64,000 nt of DNA from Dehalococcoidales bacterium (GTDB lineage: Bacteria > Chloroflexota > Dehalococcoidia > Dehalococcoidales > G020351185). Numbering within the stretch: position 1 is the first letter of the stretch; each line of letters starts with the position of its first letter. Below the pieces are notes generated by a model. The model was not told where the DNA came from, did no database searches, and saw nothing but the letters and a program-made list of their open reading frames with translations. Of this stretch, positions 47,186-55,324 are shown piece after piece. Location: NCBI GenBank assembly GCA_963674855.2, contig CAXXST010000001.1, positions 458,744-522,743 on the forward strand. The letters are read 5' to 3'. A program made the position numbers and the translations under genes.

Positions 47186-49069
47186 CTATTTTTTATCTAT
47201 AAGCAGGCTCTGCTGCGGCAGACCGGCGGCGATATCCGGGCGGTAGTAGCCGCTGGGTTTCACCCTGTCCGGCGTCAGCAGGTCCTCTTTATTCAGTTTT
47301 TGTTCTTCAAAGCGGTAGGTAGCCCGTTCATAGCTGTAGCCCATGTAAAGGGCATCAAAGGGGCAGGATTCAACGCAAAGACCGCAGTAAATACACATCC
47401 CGCCATTAAGGTTGTATTCTTTAACTTCATAGGCGAGGTCGCAGCGCAGGCAGCGGCTGGTTTCTTTTATGGCGGAATCCTCATCCCAGCCGATTTCAAC
47501 CCCATCAAAGCTGCTAATGCGCCGTTTGTGTTCAATGGCGCAGGTGGGAGGGCGGATGCCGTTATCCGGTTTGCCGCAACGTTCCGGTATTTCTTCAGCC
47601 GGAGCAAAAGTCTCTTCTATATTGCCGCTGCCGCCAAGGTATTTGTCTATAGAAACAGCAGCCTGCCGCCCGTGGGCGATGGCTTCTATGGCGGTTGCCG
47701 GTCCGGTTACGGCGTCTCCGCCGGCAAATATGTATTCGCTGCCGGTGGCGGAAAGGGTATCCGGGTTAACAATAATCCTGTTGCTTTTGGCGGTTTCCAG
47801 CCCGAAGGAATCGGAAATATACGGCATCTGGCTGGTGGCGGCGATGATGTTATCCAGAGGGATATTAAACTGGCTGCCTTCAATCGGTTCGGGACGGCGC
47901 CTGCCGCTGGAATCGGCTGCCACCAGCTTCATACGCACGCATTCAAGCGTTAAACCGTCTTTATTATGGGATACTTTAGACGGCATCGCCAGAAAGATAA
48001 ACTTTATACCTTCGTCAATGGCTTCCTCAACCTCTTCAGGGCTGGCGGGCATTTCATAACGGCTGCGCCGGTAGATTATGGATACCTCTTCAGCTCCCAG
48101 CCGCAGCGCTGTTCTGGCGGAATCCATGGCGGTATTCCCGCCGCCGATAATCGCCACCCGGCTGCCCAGTTCCACTTTGTTGCCCAGGTTGACCTCGCGC
48201 AGGAAATCTATACCGCGAAGGACACCGGGGACATCTTCGCCCGGCACACCCAGACCAATCGCCTGGTGCGCGCCAACGGCAACAAAAACGGTGTCAAATC
48301 CCTGCTGTGCAAGGCTTTCGGGGCAGTCTATCTTCTTACCTGTAATAATCTCAACACCGATGTCGGTTATCTCTTTAATATCCGCTTTTAGCCTGTCTTT
48401 TGGCAGGCGGTAATCCGGGATGCCATAGCGCAGCATGCCGCCCGGTTCCGGCAGAGCTTCAAAAATGGTAACACTGTGCCCGCCGAGTTTAGCCAGATAA
48501 TAAGCCGCGCTGAGCCCAGCCGGACCGGCGCCGATTATTGCCACCTTCCGATGGCTTTCAGGGGCGCATTTTGAATTCTGCTTCCACAAATCATTGCCGT
48601 TATCCACAGCAAAACGTTTTAACATGCGGATGGCAATCGGCTGGTCTATGATGCCGCGGCTGCATGATGATTCACAGGGGTGGGCGCAGATATAGGCGCA
48701 AACAGAAGGGAAAGGAATCTTCTCTCGCACTACGGCTAAGGCTTCGGATGGCTTCCCCTGCCCTATAAAACGGATATATCTGGCGGCATCCACGTGGGAG
48801 GGGCAAGCTTGGCTGCAGGGCGCCGGAATAACACCTTTTTTGCCCTTTCCAGAAGTCTTTATCTCAATGCAACCGGTGGGGCAGCTATCGGCGCAGGTAT
48901 GGCAGCCGATGCATTTATCAGCAGACCAGGCAAGGATATTGCCGCGTATCCGCTTTGAAACGGTCAGCTTTTCCTCTGGGTATTGCGTGGTTATCGGCTT
49001 CCTGAAAAGATGCTTAAAGGTAACCGCCATACCCCTGGCTATGCCGTTGCCGTATCTTTCAAGCCGCAA
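47186..49069 (-). CDS. nuoI: NuoI (2x[4Fe-4S] ferredoxin subunit) with an inserted GltD-like NAD(P)H/FAD/Fe-S oxidoreductase module
   Basis: 627-aa ORF in the nuoI slot. It has the NuoI N-terminus (KPITTQYPEEK, CIGCHTCADSCP) and C-terminus (CIYCGLCVESCP). These are separated by about 480 aa carrying a Cys-rich region, VAIIGAGPAGLSAA, VAIIGGGNTAMDSA and FAGGDAV. Confidence 0.85.
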   Translation of the reverse strand: MRLERYGNGIARGMAVTFKHLFRKPITTQYPEEKLTVSKRIRGNILAWSADKCIGCHTCADSCPTGCIEIKTSGKGKKGVIPAPCSQACPSHVDAARYIRFIGQGKPSEALAVVREKIPFPSVCAYICAHPCESSCSRGIIDQPIAIRMLKRFAVDNGNDLWKQNSKCAPESHRKVAIIGAGPAGLSAAYYLAKLGGHSVTIFEALPEPGGMLRYGIPDYRLPKDRLKADIKEITDIGVEIITGKKIDCPESLAQQGFDTVFVAVGAHQAIGLGVPGEDVPGVLRGIDFLREVNLGNKVELGSRVAIIGGGNTAMDSARTALRLGAEEVSIIYRRSRYEMPASPEEVEEAIDEGIKFIFLAMPSKVSHNKDGLTLECVRMKLVAADSSGRRRPEPIEGSQFNIPLDNIIAATSQMPYISDSFGLETAKSNRIIVNPDTLSATGSEYIFAGGDAVTGPATAIEAIAHGRQAAVSIDKYLGGSGNIEETFAPAEEIPERCGKPDNGIRPPTCAIEHKRRISSFDGVEIGWDEDSAIKETSRCLRCDLAYEVKEYNLNGGMCIYCGLCVESCPFDALYMGYSYERATYRFEEQKLNKEDLLTPDRVKPSGYYRPDIAAGLPQQSLLIDKK

Positions 49070-50180
49070 TCTTTTTGCCTCCGGGATTAAATAATCGGGA
49101 TAGAAGGATAATGAACACTATCATGAATAACAGGTTTATAATCATAAGTGACCATGCAGGCGCGCCGGGCCAGAAAACAACCTGGGCGCTGGTGATAAGC
49201 AGGTTTATAAGCGCCAGCGGCAACAAAAACTTCCATGCGAAAGACATAACCTGGTCTATGCGCAGCCTGGCGAGGGTTGCGCGTATCCAGACAACCAGGA
49301 AGAAAACGGCAAAGACCTTTATCAGAAACCAGATGAAAGGCGGCAGAAAAGGTCCGTTCCAGCCGCCGAGGAAAAGGGTGGTTACGATAACCGAAAGAAG
49401 GGCGGCTTCGGAATATTCTGTAAGAAAAAACATGGCAAACTTCATGCCGGAAAGCTCTATGTTAAAGCCGGATACCAGTTCGGAATCTGCTTCCAGCAGG
49501 TCAAAAGGGCATCGGTTAATTTCGGCAAGCGAAGACGTAAAGTAAATAAAGAAACCCAGAGGCTGGAGAAGAATAAAGGGAACGCTTTGCGCATTGACGA
49601 TATCGGTAAGCGAAAGCGAGCCGGTAATAAGCACAACACCAACGATAGAAAGAACCATTGGGATTTCATAGCTGATAAACTGGGCGGTATCACGCATGGC
49701 TGCGATGAGTGAATACTTATTGTTGGAAGACCAGCCTGCCATAAAAATACCGATGGAAGCAACTGAACTGACGGCAAGAACATAGAGGATGCCGATATTA
49801 AGGTCAACCAGCGATGCCCCGTCCCAGAAGGGGATAACGGCGAAAGCCAGTAAAACCGGTGTAAAAGCCACTATCGGCGCCAGCCAGAAAACCAGCTTGT
49901 CACTTTTGGCGGGGACATTATCCTCTTTGGTAAGGATTTTAAGAACATCGGCTATCGGCTGAAAGATGCCGGCAGGTCCAGAGCGGTTGGGACCATAACG
50001 TGCCTGAAAACGTCCAATCAGGCGGCGTTCCAGCCAGATGAATATGATAACAGAACCCAGAACGAATATAATGATGCCGATGACATAAACAAAGAGATGG
50101 GAAAGAAAGCCGCCGGGCCAATCCGGGGCTACTGCCATAGAAGCAGAGCAGGCATTGAAAGCCTGTGGGGCAGATATCAT
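49059..50180 (-). CDS. nuoH: NADH-quinone oxidoreductase subunit H
   Basis: Polytopic ORF with ERRLIGRFQARYGPNR and the IFQPIADVLKIL motif. The start is set at the ATG at 50180, overlapping the nuoD stop (TAATG), giving 373 aa. Confidence 0.92.
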   Translation of the reverse strand: MISAPQAFNACSASMAVAPDWPGGFLSHLFVYVIGIIIFVLGSVIIFIWLERRLIGRFQARYGPNRSGPAGIFQPIADVLKILTKEDNVPAKSDKLVFWLAPIVAFTPVLLAFAVIPFWDGASLVDLNIGILYVLAVSSVASIGIFMAGWSSNNKYSLIAAMRDTAQFISYEIPMVLSIVGVVLITGSLSLTDIVNAQSVPFILLQPLGFFIYFTSSLAEINRCPFDLLEADSELVSGFNIELSGMKFAMFFLTEYSEAALLSVIVTTLFLGGWNGPFLPPFIWFLIKVFAVFFLVVWIRATLARLRIDQVMSFAWKFLLPLALINLLITSAQVVFWPGAPAWSLMIINLLFMIVFIILLSRLFNPGGKKIAA

Positions 50181-51283
50181 TACCTGTCCACCTCTCCCAG
50201 GCATATGTCAATGCTCCCCAGTGTTATCATAACGTCGGCTATCTTATAGCCAATGACCATTTCACGCAGAACGGTCAGGTTTATAAGGGAAGGTGGCCTG
50301 ACATGAAAGCGATAGGGCTTATCCGAGCCGTCTGAAACAAGGTAAAACCCCAGTTCGCCCTTGGGAGATTCTATGGCGGCATAGGCTTCGCCGGCGGGTG
50401 GCATAAGGTGGAGAGGGGTGCGGTTAAGAACTTCTCCCTTTGGTATTTGCTCTACCGCCTGTTCAATAATGCGCAGGCTCTGGCGCATCTCAGCCATTCT
50501 TATACGGTAGCGGTCATAGCAATCACTATTACTGCCGGTGGGTATATCAAATTCAAAGCGGTCATAGACGCAGTATGGGTTTGCCTTGCGGATATCCCAT
50601 TCAACGCCGCAGGCACGCAGTGTCGGCCCGCTAACGGAGCTGTTAATAGCCGATTCTCTGGTAAGAATGCCAACGCCCTTGGTGCGCGCCAGCAGTATCT
50701 CGTTCTGCGCCAGAAGCTGGTCGTATTCATCCAGATAACCCGGCATCTCTTTAAGGAACTTCTTAAGCGCCGGAAAGAACTCTTCGGGGACATCGTGGCT
50801 GATGCCGCCGAAACGCATATAGTTATAAAGAAGGCGTTGCCCGCAGACCATCTCAAAAAGGTCAATAATTTTTTCTCTTTCGCGGTACATATACATAAAG
50901 GGCGTAAAGAAGGCGCCCAGGTCATTAACAAAAGTGCCGACGGCTATAAGGTGGCTGACTATGCGCTGAAGCTCTGCCATAATCACCCGAAGATATTCAG
51001 CCCTCTCTGGAACCTGAATACCGGCAAGCTTCTCAACTGCCAGCACATAGGGCAGGTTGTTGCTCATTGAAGCCACATAATCCAGCCTGTCGGTAAAGGG
51101 GATGTTTTGTTTGTAGGTGCGCCCTTCTGCCAGTTTTTCAATACCGCGATGCAGATAACCGAAGACTGGCTCCAGGTCAACCACCACTTCGCCGTCAAGG
51201 GTAGCACGCATACGGAATACACCGTGCGTGCTGGGGTGCAGCGGTCCCAGGTTAATTATAAAAGGTTCTGTTTTAAGCGTCAT
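50180..51283 (-). CDS. nuoD: NADH-quinone oxidoreductase subunit D
   Basis: Contains [12 protein letters not shown] and the C-terminal [10 protein letters not shown] chose the internal Met at 51283 (367 aa) because the track start lies inside nuoC. Confidence 0.93.
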   Translation of the reverse strand: MTLKTEPFIINLGPLHPSTHGVFRMRATLDGEVVVDLEPVFGYLHRGIEKLAEGRTYKQNIPFTDRLDYVASMSNNLPYVLAVEKLAGIQVPERAEYLRVIMAELQRIVSHLIAVGTFVNDLGAFFTPFMYMYREREKIIDLFEMVCGQRLLYNYMRFGGISHDVPEEFFPALKKFLKEMPGYLDEYDQLLAQNEILLARTKGVGILTRESAINSSVSGPTLRACGVEWDIRKANPYCVYDRFEFDIPTGSNSDCYDRYRIRMAEMRQSLRIIEQAVEQIPKGEVLNRTPLHLMPPAGEAYAAIESPKGELGFYLVSDGSDKPYRFHVRPPSLINLTVLREMVIGYKIADVMITLGSIDICLGEVDR

Positions 51284-51722
51284 GGCAGAAGTCCTTGCGC
51301 AATGGATGCCCCTCAAAGCCGTCCCAAAGTAAAATGCGCTTCAAATTGGGGTGGCTTTCAAACCTGATGCCGAAAAGATCGTAGATTTCACGCTCTTGAA
51401 AGTCAGCGCTGCGCCATAAACCGCTAAGCGATGGCAGGCTGGCAGCTTCCTTATTGGTAAGGCGCACCTTCAGGGTAAGGCTGTGGTTATGCTTAAGCGA
51501 AACAAGGCTGTAAACCAGTTCAAAATAATCATTGTAATCAACGGCGATGATATAATTAAGGCAGTTAAAATCAAAGCCGGTGGTATCTTTCAGGTAAGCG
51601 GCGATGCCGGTAAGGGTTCGGCTGTCCACAAGAATATAGTCATCGCCGTTTTCAACTATGCTTTCAGCAAATTCCTTCTTTAACTCACTGGCTATTTCAC
51701 TGCCGCAAAGGGGTTTTGTCAT
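51273..51722 (-). CDS. nuoC: NADH-quinone oxidoreductase subunit C
   Basis: 149-aa ORF with the 30-kDa subunit motif [20 protein letters not shown]. Confidence 0.92.
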   Translation of the reverse strand: MTKPLCGSEIASELKKEFAESIVENGDDYILVDSRTLTGIAAYLKDTTGFDFNCLNYIIAVDYNDYFELVYSLVSLKHNHSLTLKVRLTNKEAASLPSLSGLWRSADFQEREIYDLFGIRFESHPNLKRILLWDGFEGHPLRKDFCHDA

Positions 51723-51726
51723 AATC

Positions 51727-52317
51727 TTACTCTTTGGAAATACTCCTCTTGGAAATCTTTTTGCGCAGCATCTCTATGCCGTGCAGCAGGGTTTCGGGGC
51801 GTGGCGGGCAGCCGGGGATATAGACATCTACCGGCACGATGTGGTTATATCCCGGAACCACTGAATAAGAGCCTTTAAACAATCCGCCGCTGATACCACA
51901 GGCGCCCATGGCGATTACCCACTTTGGCTCTGCCATTTGGTCATACAACCGCTTGACCTGGGGCGCCATTTTCCAGGTTAGCGTGCCGGCAGTAATCATT
52001 AAATCAGCCTGGCGCGGTGAAGCGCGCAGTATCTCCATACCGAAACGGGAGATATCAAAGCGATGAGAAGAAGCGCTGATAACCTCAAAGGCGCAGCAGG
52101 CGGGAAAACAGATTACAGGCCAGAGAGATGTCCTGCGAGACCAGTTAAGCACGGCATCTACGGTGGTTGTCAGTACATTGCGTTGCAACTCTTCGGTAAG
52201 CCAGCTATCAGGGTCTTCAATGGCAAACTGGCTGCCAGCTTTCAGCGATTCTATGACCACGCCCTCGTATTTGTCCAGATCTTTATCAGAATAGGGCTGT
52301 TTCTTATCTATTTCCAT
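51727..52317 (-). CDS. nuoB: NADH-quinone oxidoreductase subunit B
   Basis: 196-aa ORF carrying the cluster N2 ligands ([19 protein letters not shown]). It has an N-terminal extension of about 40 aa relative to typical NuoB. Confidence 0.93.
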   Translation of the reverse strand: MEIDKKQPYSDKDLDKYEGVVIESLKAGSQFAIEDPDSWLTEELQRNVLTTTVDAVLNWSRRTSLWPVICFPACCAFEVISASSHRFDISRFGMEILRASPRQADLMITAGTLTWKMAPQVKRLYDQMAEPKWVIAMGACGISGGLFKGSYSVVPGYNHIVPVDVYIPGCPPRPETLLHGIEMLRKKISKRSISKE

Positions 52318-52679
52318 TCCAGAGCCTTTTTGCGCCAGGCGTACAGATAGCCGATGACGATAATAAGAATAAAAACCATGGCGGCAAAAAAGCCGAATGC
52401 TCCCAAGCTCTTAAGCTCAACCGCCCAGGGATACAGAAAGATAACCATAACATCCAGGGCGATAAGCAACAGCGCGAAGAAATAGTAGCGGAAGTTAAAC
52501 TGCACCCAGGAGCGGCCGATGGTTTCCATGCCGCATTCAAAGGTTTGCGCCTTTACCGGATTTGGCTTTCTTGGCACTATCCTGAGCAGCCCCAGGATAA
52601 CGGGCAGCAGAATAAGAAAGGACGAAAATATAGAAGCAATCAACAGAAAAAGTGCTATATAACTGAAATTTTCTAACAA
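52308..52679 (-). CDS. nuoA: NADH-quinone oxidoreductase subunit A
   Basis: Three-TM NuoA core ([12 protein letters not shown]-like [11 protein letters not shown]). The start is set at the TTG at 52679, preceded by AGGAG, giving 123 aa. The track ORF extension to 52889 looks spurious. Confidence 0.85.
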   Translation of the reverse strand: MLENFSYIALFLLIASIFSSFLILLPVILGLLRIVPRKPNPVKAQTFECGMETIGRSWVQFNFRYYFFALLLIALDVMVIFLYPWAVELKSLGAFGFFAAMVFILIIVIGYLYAWRKKALEWK

Positions 52680-52844
52680 TGGCAGTCTCCTATAGCGATG
52701 AGATTCTGCTGGAAACACGAAGCAAAGCAGTATATCACTTTTAGTGTTTTGAGACAAGCAGCCTGCCTTAACAAATCTGTAATGCACGCTGAATATAAGG
52801 CAGTATGCAATATATTGAGAGGGAATAAGGGTATTTCTGGCATA

Positions 52845-52884
52845 TTGACAAAGGGTTATTTTACAGCTAGACTTCAAGTCTTGA
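52845..52884 (+). promoter_or_regulatory. candidate promoter plus overlapping palindromes upstream of CetZ-like gene 1
   Basis: TTGACA (52845..52850), a 17-nt spacer and TAGACT (52868..52873). The palindromes AGACTTcAAGTCT (52869..52881) and TCAAGtCTTGA (52874..52884) overlap the -10/+1 region. Confidence 0.35.
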
Positions 52885-52903
52885 AACACAAGGAGGTGGC
52901 AAA

Positions 52904-54079
52904 ATGAAACTGGTCGTAGTTGGCTTTGGGCAGTGCGGCGGCAGGATTGCAGATGAGTTTGAAAGACTGGATAGAAGGGCGCGCAGCCTGCGCGGCATAG
53001 AGATAATTATAGACGCCTTTGCTGTTAATACAGATTCAACCGATATGTCCGGATTACACTCAATAAAACCGGATTACCAGCACCGCATACTTATAGGTTC
53101 CGGTACCACCCATGGTCATGGCGTAGCCAAGATAAATGAAGTTGGCGCTGATATAGCCAGGGAAGACTCTGATAAGGTAATAGACGCCATGAGGGGCAAC
53201 CAGAGGCTCTTTGAAACGGATGCCTTTTTGCTGGTTGCCAGCGCTGCTGGCGGTACTGGTTCCGGGGCGGTATCGGTGATAGCTAAGGCATTGAAGGAAC
53301 GCTTCGCTGAAAAGCCGGTATATGCTCTTATAGCGCTGCCTTTTGAGCATGAAGAGGTAAATGAAGAAAGGGCTTTATATAATACGGCTGTCTGCCTTAA
53401 ATCGGTCTATTCTATAGCAGATGCCGTTATACTGGTGGATAACCAGAGATACGTAAGAAAAGACTATTCATTGCAAAGCAATATGACGAAGATAAACCAG
53501 CTTATAGTAGAGCCGTTCTTTGATATGCTGTGTGCCGGTGAAGAGAAAAAGAAACGGCACATTGGCGCCAAGACGCTGGACGCCGGCGATATAATACAAA
53601 CTCTCTGTGGATGGACGGCTATCGGTTACGGCGAAATAAAGTTACCGCTTATTACATTGCCTACAGACTGGTCAAAGAATTTCAGAAAGCGCGGCACCAA
53701 GACGCACAAGGGGCTGGAAGCGATGGACCAGGCGCTGAGTGATATGTCTATAGAGTGCAATCCGCAAGATGTTAACCGGGCGCTCTACCTGCTTTCGGCG
53801 CCGGTTAAAGAGATGAACATGGACATGGTAAAAGAGATGGGAGACTATCTGCGGACTTTTGCGCCGCAGGCAATTATAAGGAATGGAGACTATCCCAGGG
53901 AAAAGGGCTTGCTGGATGTTAGCGTTATACTGTCTGAGCTCAGCGATGTTGAAAAGGTAAGGTATTATTACGAGAAATCAGCGGCACTGGCGCAAGAGAT
54001 GAAGAGAAGGCAAAAAGCGAAGACTTCAAAGGCTGCCCTAACCGAAGATGCAGGCAAGGATGTGCCGACACTGCTTTAG
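52904..54079 (+). CDS. tubulin/FtsZ-superfamily GTPase, CetZ-like (paralog 1)
   Basis: 391-aa ORF with T1 loop VVGFGQCGGRIADEF, T4 signature AAGGTGSG, VDNQRY, a T7-like LDAGDIIQTL, and GDYP in the C-terminal domain. The SD AAGGAGG is present. Confidence 0.8.
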   Translation: MKLVVVGFGQCGGRIADEFERLDRRARSLRGIEIIIDAFAVNTDSTDMSGLHSIKPDYQHRILIGSGTTHGHGVAKINEVGADIAREDSDKVIDAMRGNQRLFETDAFLLVASAAGGTGSGAVSVIAKALKERFAEKPVYALIALPFEHEEVNEERALYNTAVCLKSVYSIADAVILVDNQRYVRKDYSLQSNMTKINQLIVEPFFDMLCAGEEKKKRHIGAKTLDAGDIIQTLCGWTAIGYGEIKLPLITLPTDWSKNFRKRGTKTHKGLEAMDQALSDMSIECNPQDVNRALYLLSAPVKEMNMDMVKEMGDYLRTFAPQAIIRNGDYPREKGLLDVSVILSELSDVEKVRYYYEKSAALAQEMKRRQKAKTSKAALTEDAGKDVPTLL

Positions 54080-54117
54080 ACTGTCCTGAATAACAAGAAA
54101 ACTGATAGCGATAACCG

Positions 54118-54969
54118 CTAAATATAAAAGGCAATCCCCAAAGTGCCGGGTCCGGTGGCGTAACCAATAATGGGGCTGACCTCGGTAAGCAGCAGTTCAA
54201 CGCAGTTGAATTCGTCTGATATACGCTGCTTTAACGCCTTTGCCTCTTTGAGGATGGCGGTGTGCATAACGGCAACATGCAGCGGCTTCCCGTCGGTTTT
54301 TTGACTAAGCTCCCCGATAAGCCTGTCTATACCCTGTTTGTTTGTCCTGACCATGCCGATAAATTGAACCCCTCCGTCCCTGATAGTTAGCAGTGGTTTA
54401 ACGCCCAGCATGGAACCCACCTGGGTGGCGATTTTGGGAACCCTGCCGGTGCGGTAGGCGTGGCGGATGGTATCAAGGAAAAGAAACATCTGCACACTCT
54501 CCTTAACTGAAAGGGCTGCCTTTGTAACATCGTTAAGGCTGCCGCCACAGGCAGCGGCTTGCGCTGCCGCCAGGGCGATAAAACCCTGCGAGGCAGTGGC
54601 GTTTCTGGAATCCATAATCTCTATGGAACAACCGGGCATGTCCTGCCTGACATGCTTTGCCGCAAGACAAACGACATTATAAGTAGTGCTGAGTTCGGAA
54701 GAAACGGTAAGGCAGAAAACATCCTGTCCATTGGTAGCAAGCTCGCTAAAAATATCAATATAATCTGAAGGCGAGGAAGGGGATGTAGAAAACTTGTCAG
54801 GCTCTCTGGCTAAAAGGTTGTAGGCTTCAGTGGTGGTAATGTCCACTCCGTCAAGATACACCTTATTCCCAAAAAAGATCTTAATGGGCAAAACGCAGAT
54901 TCCGTATTGCGCCACTATATCGGCGGGCAGGCAGGCTACGCTATCGGTAACGACGGCAACCTTAGCCAC
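54118..54969 (-). CDS. DegV family fatty-acid-binding protein
   Basis: 283-aa ORF with the DegV pattern (VAVVTDSVACLP, ST.PSP..Y, LS..LS.TY). Confidence 0.9.
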   Translation of the reverse strand: MAKVAVVTDSVACLPADIVAQYGICVLPIKIFFGNKVYLDGVDITTTEAYNLLAREPDKFSTSPSSPSDYIDIFSELATNGQDVFCLTVSSELSTTYNVVCLAAKHVRQDMPGCSIEIMDSRNATASQGFIALAAAQAAACGGSLNDVTKAALSVKESVQMFLFLDTIRHAYRTGRVPKIATQVGSMLGVKPLLTIRDGGVQFIGMVRTNKQGIDRLIGELSQKTDGKPLHVAVMHTAILKEAKALKQRISDEFNCVELLLTEVSPIIGYATGPGTLGIAFYI

Positions 54970-55088
54970 AATAATCCCCCTGAAGAAGATAGCTGCGGTG
55001 TGTATTATAGCACAAAAAAAAAGACGGTGGTTAAGGTTTGCAATAGAGGCTTTATATATTTGACACTTACAGCATGAGGTGATATATT

Positions 55089-55270
55089 CATAAAAAGGAA
55101 TATAGTTGATTACCAGCCCTTCGAGTTGCCCCTCCTAACGGCTTTTGGTCTATGGAATGCAACCGATAAGGTACAAGGGGAAACCTTTATGCCGCCCGTA
55201 TTTGGAAAGGAGGGTGAACAGGATAGCGGATTTCCTGTTTATAACGCCTCCATAGGGGGCGTTTTGTTTA
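55089..55270 (+). promoter_or_regulatory. candidate Moco (molybdenum cofactor) riboswitch with terminator, upstream of moaA
   Basis: It lies downstream of TTGACA-17-TATATT (55060..55088). Long-range pairing CCCTCC...GGAGGG is possible, and the 3' element GCCGCCCGTATTTGGAAAGGAGGG resembles the conserved Moco-motif 3' half as I recall it. A terminator hairpin AACGCCTCC-ATA-GGGGGCGTT plus TTGTTTAT follows (55243..55270). Confidence 0.5.
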
Positions 55271-55324
55271 TAGAAAAAATGAGAAAAGACAGCCCGTATA
55301 TTTTATTATTATGGAGATGATGTC

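Noticed and set aside
52680-52889. The nuoA track ORF has a 70-codon N-terminal extension.
   Set aside because: The extension has no NuoA-like sequence and runs into the divergent CetZ-like promoter. An SD-preceded TTG at 52679 gives a normal-length NuoA.
55126-55320. A 64-aa plus-strand ORF lies upstream of moaA.
   Set aside because: It lies entirely within the structured leader and candidate Moco riboswitch, including its terminator hairpin. It has no SD and no recognisable sequence.
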